Virus record (IMG/VR): IMGVR_UViG_3300007708_000003
Span: 1-64,000 of that record
Strand: one strand, 5' to 3'
DNA from: a virus
Length of the DNA: 64,000 nt
Shown here: positions 57,301-64,000 of the stretch, piece after piece
Numbering within the stretch: the first letter of the stretch is position 1
Layout of the letters: every line of letters starts with the position of its first letter
Translations under genes and position numbers: made by a program
The notes under the pieces: generated by a model
Database searches by the model: none
The model's input: the letters and a program-made list of their open reading frames with translations, nothing else
What the model was told of the DNA's origin: nothing

Positions 57301-57925
57301 AGAATCCTCTTTTATAATTATTTTGAATTGAAACCTCGTCTAACATACCTCCTTGTAATGTTACAGGAGATGTTACACCTTGTTCTGTTACTACTTGTCC
57401 AGCATTATATGCTCTTTCATATTCAGGTGTTCCCCAGTCTACTATATTACCAGTAGTAGTATAATATTTACCTCCACCTACTTGATATTTTTTATCAGCA
57501 TACATCATACCTGCTCCACCCATTTGCATAATTTTATTTTCAGCACCACATTTGTGACATGTTGAAACATCATTACCACCATCAGCAGCTTTCCAACTCC
57601 AACCACAATTAGAACATGTAATAGTTTTATTAAGTAAACCACCATACTTTGCAACACGTGTTTCAGTAACTTGACTACCAGGAAATTGATACTCTTGTCC
57701 AGGTTGCATGTACTGTTTATTTCCGTACTCATCCATACCTATAAGAGGTGTACTTACACCTTTCATAGTAATAGAAGTAGGTTGTCCTGGCTGTCCTTGT
57801 ATAAGATTAAAAGGATTATTTTTATAGGGAGAGTTATCTTTATATCCTTGTTTAGATATATCATCCTGCAACTTTTGATTTTGTGCAGAAATAAATTTCA
57901 TCAAAGTTTCTCTATGTCTATTCAT
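54356..57925 (-). CDS. Modular cargo polyprotein: Zn ribbon, membrane hairpins, two effector-like domains (second with HExxH)
   Basis: 1189 aa; CSNC..CHKC; hydrophobic hairpins; HEINH (54848-54862)...EPSSFLAE; xxGG motifs at module borders. Confidence 0.7.
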   Translation of the reverse strand: MNRHRETLMKFISAQNQKLQDDISKQGYKDNSPYKNNPFNLIQGQPGQPTSITMKGVSTPLIGMDEYGNKQYMQPGQEYQFPGSQVTETRVAKYGGLLNKTITCSNCGWSWKAADGGNDVSTCHKCGAENKIMQMGGAGMMYADKKYQVGGGKYYTTTGNIVDWGTPEYERAYNAGQVVTEQGVTSPVTLQGGMLDEVSIQNNYKRGFLEKYRDKIVEENKDAGVLGAIIGTPISAITSFPQLAMMKGLTGEMQRPSEAMDIQNPYGAFAVNAITDPTNLIGAGNLTSLGRLTKAQALSKLKNIPTSIAPELREALATQRFPNPVKIIDDVVPMNLQPQAIVMGNNAGGWNSLSPLNWLPGYGKKISSKGELYGYPGESQLFNSSGPLVKKGINPMNSNSPAIGFRKFGNSLQDVIDRQALSPKGSGKFSMGRDQIISEGNWAATGAPDEAYSGVFEATMNPNVIGSKIKEVDMGSTRNGTVYRMIDNNVDIPLTDPGLSFNRRLPFSTRYVKVDKQKLIDGKFQLATQLPHVQSLVEKYASYAGPLAAAGYIANGSEGAKRNVKWLNKNTIDPIIDYIKPQLNSIQYEDGGLTKYQNAGPVKKWLGNTLTPEGYITSTTKGGNRISFTGDVRADDWINKQIDSGKFGFDPTTGGTFPLKKPVKGLSKKDQFIGSRIFDDLHAPQGFTTKSQDAQIEKLPEWQQDIINEVNTKRRKAVVRDQWDEVYKNPLWYAPGVIATGGLGLLGLEAAGAAAAPYITGALATQLPGMAAVPGATVGNAITAGFAGHGLANVGPDAAEMYKNPSWSNAGSLGMDILEIAPIAGPAAKTIGKGLSATSKVENAAIDYANPIKDLAATFKNRNKKLITIGAENLDKELLKKITQLESPEGFNRLVAQEAEMLKRDFPGMVDLENKAISNAQTRISELYQTALQGNFNANYLEAKKLNSALTPQKFGIPRNNAFFRPGLGSSNFSDSVIDLSKANSPAELRNNIFAKEFYGVEMPGEIAIGREYAEGMPVYDHEINHALQNSRNTALDDMLRKYFNNSQNLLKDFSEKTNKAYNYFRKSKHGIPSKEPSSFLAEARRAMLERGLIKDIYEPITPKKVFDAMKHFKTQPYKNPYTEQSYHRIFDFANDSPQTLKFLSDAFNKLPAILPVGLATGATAVGLSKEKQGGTVGKQKKALSWLSS

Positions 57926-60141
57926 TACTTAGGACTATTAAGCATTTTACTATTAACAAGTTTTAACAACATCTTCTTATCACCACTCTGTGTTTTTCTA
58001 AGAATTATTTTATTACCAAAATGTCTAAACTTTTTATGTTCAGTAGCTGGTTTAAATACATCTACATATGCAGGATTAATAGTTTTATGATAACCATCAG
58101 GTGCTGTAATAAACATTGGTACTATTGGATTAGTACTTGGAAACTCATGTCTATCTTTAGTTATATCATAAAAGTTATTAAATCTATATTTGTTTTCTTC
58201 TTTTGATGCAAGTATCTGTGTATTTACTGGACCAACAATTGGATATTGTAATGGTTGTAATGGATTGTTTTTATCTTTTACAGTTAATGATAAAAGAGGT
58301 GATACTTGTTCAGAGTTATATATGATAGCTCTATTAAAATTTTCATCTAATATATGAAACATATCTTTACCATCATTATAATATTTATATGCTTCCATAT
58401 AATATTCAATACTTCTTAAAGTAGTAATTTGATTAGGTGTTACAATATTATACTCAACTTCCCAACCATAATCTTTACTACGATCAGCATCATTAATATT
58501 ATAATAATTTGTAAAGCTATCAAATCTTTCATTATGTTTCCAAAAAGTATTACCTTTTATTGTTAAAAAATGACTGTATGAAGGTATCATAAATGAAGGA
58601 TGCCAATCATGAAAGCTTATCCACATTTTATTTTTAGGATCATAACTAACAGTCCATTCTATTTTTTCAAAATAGTTAGGATCATCTAAACTAATAGGTG
58701 TGTAAGTTGGAATTATAACAGGATTAACTGATATTATATTTACACATTCACCATCTACTATATTTTCAATAGAACATAAAGCAGGGGCAGGTATTGAACA
58801 TACACAATTTGAACTTGTTCCTGAAGGTGGTGATACTGTACAAGGTGAAGCACAATCAACTGTTGTAGGTACTGTTACTAAACAACTACATTGATTAGTA
58901 TTAACAAGAGTACATCCTGGAGGACAACTATATGAATTAGTAGTAGAACATACTGCTGGAGTTCCTGGTAATGCTAATATATCAGCATATACTTGATTAG
59001 CAATAGTTACTCCATTAGCATTATTTACAATAGAAACTGGAGAAGTTCCCGCATTTCTTATATCAGTATAATATTGACTCTGTCCTGTTGCACCTCCCCA
59101 TCCTGAACCACCAATGGTTCCATCAGTTACTGTAAATATATTTAATGCAGAATAATTATTTTTTAAACATTGTGCAGCATTTACTGCATTACGCATTGCA
59201 GTATAATTAGTATATGAACTAGGATAACCTGGAGTTCCAAAGTTAGCATTATTATTTGATGTACATGAACCAAAAAATGAAGGTGAAGGAGCTGAAGCAT
59301 AATAATCTGGCGAATCAGTTAATACAATGATGATTTTTCTCACATTTGTTCTTACTGGAACAAGATTACCACTATTAACAACGTTGTCATTTATATAGAG
59401 TGGATTCATTGCTTCTAACATTTTTTTAGCAATAGAATTTCCCACATTAATTTGACAGGTAGGTGTATTAAAATTAATACTTTGAAAATATCCTGAAGCT
59501 CCACCAGGTTGACCACTAAAAGTACCTGTTCCTGAAAGTAATCGAACAGTTGTAGTACTTGTAGAAAATGATGAACTCATAACTGCTAATCTAATATTTC
59601 CTGAATCTAAACCTGGAGTTAAGTTAGCTATAAGTTGATCATAAAAAGCTTGTCTACGACTTACATCATAACAAGGACTTACTAGTAATACTATATCAGC
59701 TCTACATGCTTCAGTTGAGGTAACTGCTGCAGGACTTGTTGTTGTAGCACTACATATTCCAGGAGTATTTCCTGAACCTGGAGTATATGTATATCCAACA
59801 GGACACATTGGTATACTAGTAGGTGCAGGAACACATGGAGGATTTGATAAAGGATTATATGTAAATCCTTCTGTGCATGCAGGTGTTACTATTGTTTTTT
59901 CACATTTGTTTGTTGTAGGGTTGTATACAAAACCATTTGCTTCATCACATGTTACTTCATTGCATTCAAAAGTTGTAGCAGTTTGAATTGTTCTACAAAT
60001 CCAAGTACCATTTTCAAGTTCAACAAGTTCTCCTGAACATGGTACTGATGATACTGACTCTACACAATTACAAATTACTTGTTCTCCAGCTGTAGATTCT
60101 GTGCATATTTTTGTTGGTGTGCTGGTGCATATACAAGCCAT
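57925..60141 (-). CDS. Cys-rich/vWA-like protein carrying the C-terminal part of a tail stabilisation (muzzle-type) protein
   Basis: 738 aa; CPxGYT-type repeats; ADIVLLV...RKIIIVLTD vWA-like core; C-terminal WTVSYDPKNKMWISFHDWHP...KEENKYRFN. Confidence 0.65.
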   Translation of the reverse strand: MACICTSTPTKICTESTAGEQVICNCVESVSSVPCSGELVELENGTWICRTIQTATTFECNEVTCDEANGFVYNPTTNKCEKTIVTPACTEGFTYNPLSNPPCVPAPTSIPMCPVGYTYTPGSGNTPGICSATTTSPAAVTSTEACRADIVLLVSPCYDVSRRQAFYDQLIANLTPGLDSGNIRLAVMSSSFSTSTTTVRLLSGTGTFSGQPGGASGYFQSINFNTPTCQINVGNSIAKKMLEAMNPLYINDNVVNSGNLVPVRTNVRKIIIVLTDSPDYYASAPSPSFFGSCTSNNNANFGTPGYPSSYTNYTAMRNAVNAAQCLKNNYSALNIFTVTDGTIGGSGWGGATGQSQYYTDIRNAGTSPVSIVNNANGVTIANQVYADILALPGTPAVCSTTNSYSCPPGCTLVNTNQCSCLVTVPTTVDCASPCTVSPPSGTSSNCVCSIPAPALCSIENIVDGECVNIISVNPVIIPTYTPISLDDPNYFEKIEWTVSYDPKNKMWISFHDWHPSFMIPSYSHFLTIKGNTFWKHNERFDSFTNYYNINDADRSKDYGWEVEYNIVTPNQITTLRSIEYYMEAYKYYNDGKDMFHILDENFNRAIIYNSEQVSPLLSLTVKDKNNPLQPLQYPIVGPVNTQILASKEENKYRFNNFYDITKDRHEFPSTNPIVPMFITAPDGYHKTINPAYVDVFKPATEHKKFRHFGNKIILRKTQSGDKKMLLKLVNSKMLNSPK

Positions 60142-60159
60142 AGATTTATTTTTTTATTA

Positions 60160-63100
60160 TTAACAAGATGCTATATCATTAAAGTTTGTTATTGCAGTTA
60201 CAACTCCTGCTACAACAGTTATTACAACTCTATTTGGTGGTATAATACCTGGAGAAGTACCTGGAATACCTTCAACACTATCACCTACAAAATTACCATT
60301 CATTCCAGTATCTATAAGACTATTGGCAGGATGATACACTATAGAACCAACAGCTATATCTCCTATTAATCCACGCCCAAGACCTTCTCTATTTGCATTA
60401 TAAGTATTACATGTAATATTTGGTGCATTTAGATATGAACATTTTGCAAATTGTAAACTACCTTGTGTAAAGTTGGTCAATGTTGAACCACATTCTACTT
60501 TAGCTTTATTCCAAAAAGTAAATAAAATAATTGTTATAGCTGGATCACATGCAGGATTTTCAGTAGTCATTTTTTCACAATTACCTGTTTCTGGATTATA
60601 AGTATAAGTTGGATCAGCACATAACGCAGTATCAAAATTTCTTGTACAAACTCCATCAACTAAAATATAATTATCAGGACAATCTCCACAATTACACGCA
60701 TCATAAAAACCAAAGTTAGGATCATATCCTACACAATCAAGTGGTTTGTAATCTTTTTTAGTTATATATAATAATTCATATTGTGCATCATATATTGCTT
60801 GAACAGCAACACCTGCAACAGGATTGTCATATTCTGTAAAATTAGGAAATGCTTGTAATAAAGGAGAAGGTAAGTTTTGAAGAAACCAGTTTTTCATTCC
60901 TGATTTAGATATTTCATTCATACCTTCTGCACCATACTGTATTACTTTACCAGCTTTTTGTGATACAAAGAATAAACCATAAGGTGTATTTAGTGTAGCT
61001 CTATTTGATATACTAGCTCCATACTCAATAACATCTTCTGCATTTACAAGAGATTGTATATTATTAGCAAATAATCCACCATCACCAATTGTAATCTTAG
61101 TACCACCAGTATCTGTTTTAAGTGTATCAACACCCACAAATTGTGAAGGACTAAAATCTTCATATAAGATTAAAGCACCACTAGAGTTTACTGATTTTAT
61201 ATTTGTTACTATTCCTTCAAAGGTATAATAGTTAAGAGGTAAGAAGTTTCTCCAGTTGTCTCTTTTAAGTCCATCTTGTTGTTGTAATGAATAGATACCT
61301 CTGTATGGAAAGTATTCATAACATGTTTCGTACAACACTGGGTCATAGTCTGCTGGTAAGAGTAATCCCCAAGATATGAAATTGTTGTAGAGTTTTGCTG
61401 TGCTAAGTGATAAATCATATTTATAAAATACTGGTTTAGTTATTAAATCTGATCTAAACATTGTTTGAAGATCATTAAAAGTGTTTCCATATACATCATA
61501 GAATTTCTCATAATCATTTTCACCATAGTCTCTATATGCCATATTTAATTCTGATTCAGCAAAGAAGTCTTTTACTCCATTGTTAAATAAATATATCCAT
61601 GAATTGTTAACTGAAAAACTTACACCTTGTGTACTACCATACCAATTAAATTTACTACTAGGTGTACTTATATTAAAATATATCCAACCTACGTTAAATC
61701 CAAAATCTTCATACACATCATAGTCTTCAAAATTTGCCCAATACGTTGCTTCAGGTCCATTAAAATAATTTTGATAATTAAACTGTGTACCATCAGGTTC
61801 ATTTATTAACCATGTGTTAAAAAAGAAATATGGATTTTTATCAGTATATCTATTGATATAAACATCACCTCCAAATATTGGTAATGTAACATGTGTAGTA
61901 TTTAATTCTGGTGGAGTAAAATATATACATGAATCAGTTGGTATTTGCACAATAGAACTTAATTGTCCATATTGATTTTCATAATCAAGTTTTAAAGCTC
62001 CATAGTATGAAGCTATATTAGTATTTTTAATATCAAAAGGACTATTTGTGGTAACATGAACTTTTGAAAAATCTGTATTAGTACCTGTTATATCTGGTAA
62101 TGTAGTATTATTAGTTAAATTAAGACAAACATATTTACCTCTAAATAAATTGTTTATTCTATAAGTTGCATTAAAATCTTGAACACCTGTTCCTATATAT
62201 TTAACCCCACTTGGTGCAAGTGTTCTATTAAATGAGGGTTGTACTCCAACTGGTACATTTGTATTTTTAACATTTCCATGACTGTTATAAAATCCATGAC
62301 TATTATATTGCAACACATAATTTTTATAAGGAATCATTTTCCTAAATATTTCAATCATTTGTGCTGTTGCTTCATAGAAATAAAATGCACCTGAAATTAC
62401 TGTAGCAACTGTAGATGCTATAGCAGCTATTGTTGAAAATGAACTAAGTCCAGTAGTAAGCGCGTTTGTAGTACCTTGTGCCAGATAAGTAACAAGATTG
62501 GCAGCAGCAGATCCTGCACTACCTTCAGTACTCATTCCAACACTGTCGTCAAAATTTGCTTGAGGTAAATGTAAAGTTCTTGCTTCAACACCAACACCAT
62601 AAAGAGCACCCCAAGTTGTTTGCCAAGCTCTTGTTTGTCCACTATTACTTGTACTAGTACTTGTTTTACCCATTATAGATAATAAAGCTATTCCTAATCC
62701 TACTATAGAGGAAAAAGTAAAAGCAAGATCAGTTATAACTTTAAATTTAGGATGTTTATATGGAAACTCATATGCTCCAGTAGCAACACCGTATTGTTCT
62801 TTATATATTCTAGTATATACACCTCTACCTAAATAAGGTTTAACAAATGCTGTTTCAGGTGAATTAAAAGAAAAATAATTTCTTACTGGTGTTATACCAG
62901 AACTTAAAAAAGGATCAGGGCGTAAATCATTATAAGGATAGTTTTGAATAAGTCCTTTTCTATTACCAGCAGTAGAACCAGGTATATTATACTCAAGCAT
63001 GTTATTAAACAAACCTTTAGCAACAATTGTTCTATTACCTTCTCTTGAACCTCTTAATATTTCATATCCTGCAATATCTATAAGAGGATTACCTTGGTTA

Positions 63101-63999
63101 TCTATTGGATGTAATATGTTACTAAACTGAACACCAAGTATATTTATAAAATTACCTGTTGTGTCATGTATGTGTATAGTTTCATTTGAAGGCATCTTAT
63201 GATGTCTTATAGGCGTATTGCATAAATTTCCCCAAATCTCTGGATGATTGTTAGGGTATAATTGACTAGATTCCCAATAAGCCATATTACCTTTTGCAAT
63301 TATAACACCACCATCAGGTAATGTACCAGAAAATGCTCCTGTTGTAGAAGTATCATACGTCTGCCATACTTTAGTTTTGCCAGGTAATAGATCTGGATTA
63401 CTTGCTGATAATATTGTAAGGTCAGAAGATATTGATGTTCTACCAGGAATATGATAAGATGCAGATTTTGCACCTGTTTTATATACCCATCTAATAAAAA
63501 ATGAATATACTTCATCACGCATGTATCCTGTTTTATTACCACCTTTCCAGTAATAATCTGCAGGATATTTTACAGCAACCCATTCTGTTTTTATTCTATT
63601 TGCAAAAGGTTGATAATTAAAATAAGGTTGTGTTGTTACACTTGTTCTTATAAGATAGTTATTAAGAGAAAACATCTTTTTACTTTTCTCATATATTTGT
63701 GATCTTAAAGGAATTAATGATAATGGTATTGTTTCTAAACTTGCTAAATACTGATCTAAATGTACTTTAGTTTGTGAAATGTCATAGTTACCAACTTTTT
63801 TTGCAACAGTTTGATTTGCAATAACTGATACAATAACTAATTCATACTCTTCAAAATTAGTATCTAATCCTGTTATATTTATATCAAGTGAACCACCAAA
63901 AGAAGAATGATCCCATAGTGCTTGTGGAGTTGAAGGAGTAGTGTAATCTGTTAACCTTATACCATTATTTGAATATGCTATAACTGCTTGATAACTACC
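60160..63999 (-). CDS. Tail stabilisation/muzzle-type protein, N-terminal part (5' truncated by window)
   Basis: Frame open to window end (GSYQAVIAYS...); GYMRDEVYSF, IRHHKMP, GYEILRG, FGGDVYINRY, TPYGLFFVSQ; Cys-rich C-terminal extension. Confidence 0.7.
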   Translation of the reverse strand, partial: GSYQAVIAYSNNGIRLTDYTTPSTPQALWDHSSFGGSLDINITGLDTNFEEYELVIVSVIANQTVAKKVGNYDISQTKVHLDQYLASLETIPLSLIPLRSQIYEKSKKMFSLNNYLIRTSVTTQPYFNYQPFANRIKTEWVAVKYPADYYWKGGNKTGYMRDEVYSFFIRWVYKTGAKSASYHIPGRTSISSDLTILSASNPDLLPGKTKVWQTYDTSTTGAFSGTLPDGGVIIAKGNMAYWESSQLYPNNHPEIWGNLCNTPIRHHKMPSNETIHIHDTTGNFINILGVQFSNILHPIDNQGNPLIDIAGYEILRGSREGNRTIVAKGLFNNMLEYNIPGSTAGNRKGLIQNYPYNDLRPDPFLSSGITPVRNYFSFNSPETAFVKPYLGRGVYTRIYKEQYGVATGAYEFPYKHPKFKVITDLAFTFSSIVGLGIALLSIMGKTSTSTSNSGQTRAWQTTWGALYGVGVEARTLHLPQANFDDSVGMSTEGSAGSAAANLVTYLAQGTTNALTTGLSSFSTIAAIASTVATVISGAFYFYEATAQMIEIFRKMIPYKNYVLQYNSHGFYNSHGNVKNTNVPVGVQPSFNRTLAPSGVKYIGTGVQDFNATYRINNLFRGKYVCLNLTNNTTLPDITGTNTDFSKVHVTTNSPFDIKNTNIASYYGALKLDYENQYGQLSSIVQIPTDSCIYFTPPELNTTHVTLPIFGGDVYINRYTDKNPYFFFNTWLINEPDGTQFNYQNYFNGPEATYWANFEDYDVYEDFGFNVGWIYFNISTPSSKFNWYGSTQGVSFSVNNSWIYLFNNGVKDFFAESELNMAYRDYGENDYEKFYDVYGNTFNDLQTMFRSDLITKPVFYKYDLSLSTAKLYNNFISWGLLLPADYDPVLYETCYEYFPYRGIYSLQQQDGLKRDNWRNFLPLNYYTFEGIVTNIKSVNSSGALILYEDFSPSQFVGVDTLKTDTGGTKITIGDGGLFANNIQSLVNAEDVIEYGASISNRATLNTPYGLFFVSQKAGKVIQYGAEGMNEISKSGMKNWFLQNLPSPLLQAFPNFTEYDNPVAGVAVQAIYDAQYELLYITKKDYKPLDCVGYDPNFGFYDACNCGDCPDNYILVDGVCTRNFDTALCADPTYTYNPETGNCEKMTTENPACDPAITIILFTFWNKAKVECGSTLTNFTQGSLQFAKCSYLNAPNITCNTYNANREGLGRGLIGDIAVGSIVYHPANSLIDTGMNGNFVGDSVEGIPGTSPGIIPPNRVVITVVAGVVTAITNFNDIASC

Positions 64000-64000
64000 A

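Larger units (their letters stand above)
1..64000. mobile_element. Segment of a crAss-like (Crassvirales-type) bacteriophage genome, probable Bacteroidota host
   Basis: PolB/primase/AAA replication block opposite a structural block with a giant single-chain RNA polymerase (GSDFDID), holin-endolysin cassette and tail fibres; dense coding; no housekeeping genes; A-rich leaders lacking Shine-Dalgarno sites. Confidence 0.9.

Noticed and set aside
60142-60162. Readthrough fusing the two in-frame stabilisation ORFs
   Set aside because: Three consecutive TAA codons and an A-rich leader before the next ATG indicate separate translation
1-64000. Genome-wide stop codon reassignment (TAG=Gln or TGA=Trp)
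   Set aside because: Genes up to 11.5 kb are open in code 11, TAG and TGA end normal genes, and only one internal TAG was found

Overview
This 64 kb window is a segment of an AT-rich lytic dsDNA phage genome with crAss-like (Crassvirales-type) organisation. The host is probably Bacteroidota, judging from A-rich leaders without Shine-Dalgarno sites and TAnnTTTG promoter elements. 1-11.5 kb (+) is a replication and nucleotide module: DnaB-like helicase end, AAA ATPase, SSB-like protein, primase, GIY-YIG and EndoVII-type endonucleases, PD-(D/E)xK nuclease, family B DNA polymerase, dNMP kinase, HAD hydrolase and a spore-photoproduct-lyase-like radical SAM enzyme. 11.6-13.1 kb (-) is a lysis cassette. 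13.2-14.7 kb (+) is a small island with a DnaA-domain-IV-like protein. 14.7-64 kb (-) is a virion module: tail fibre genes, giant ejected cargo proteins including a 3849-aa virion RNA polymerase, GG-motif-punctuated cargo proteins and a split tail stabilisation/muzzle-type gene. The most striking observation is that four consecutive giant cargo proteins (8213 aa in total) contain only six cysteines. All six lie within 5 residues of a terminus, arranged exactly as a head-to-tail chain in gene order, which suggests a disulfide-coupled 'protein train' for ejection. Other highlights are effector-cassette polyproteins delimited by xxGG motifs, a nucleotidyltransferase inserted as one link of the chain, a relic polB N-terminus left in front of a homing endonuclease, a clamp-binding motif on PolB, and a single amber codon interrupting a tail gene. 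I saw no tRNA, rRNA, CRISPR array, capsid, portal or terminase genes. All family assignments come from motif recognition, not database searches.
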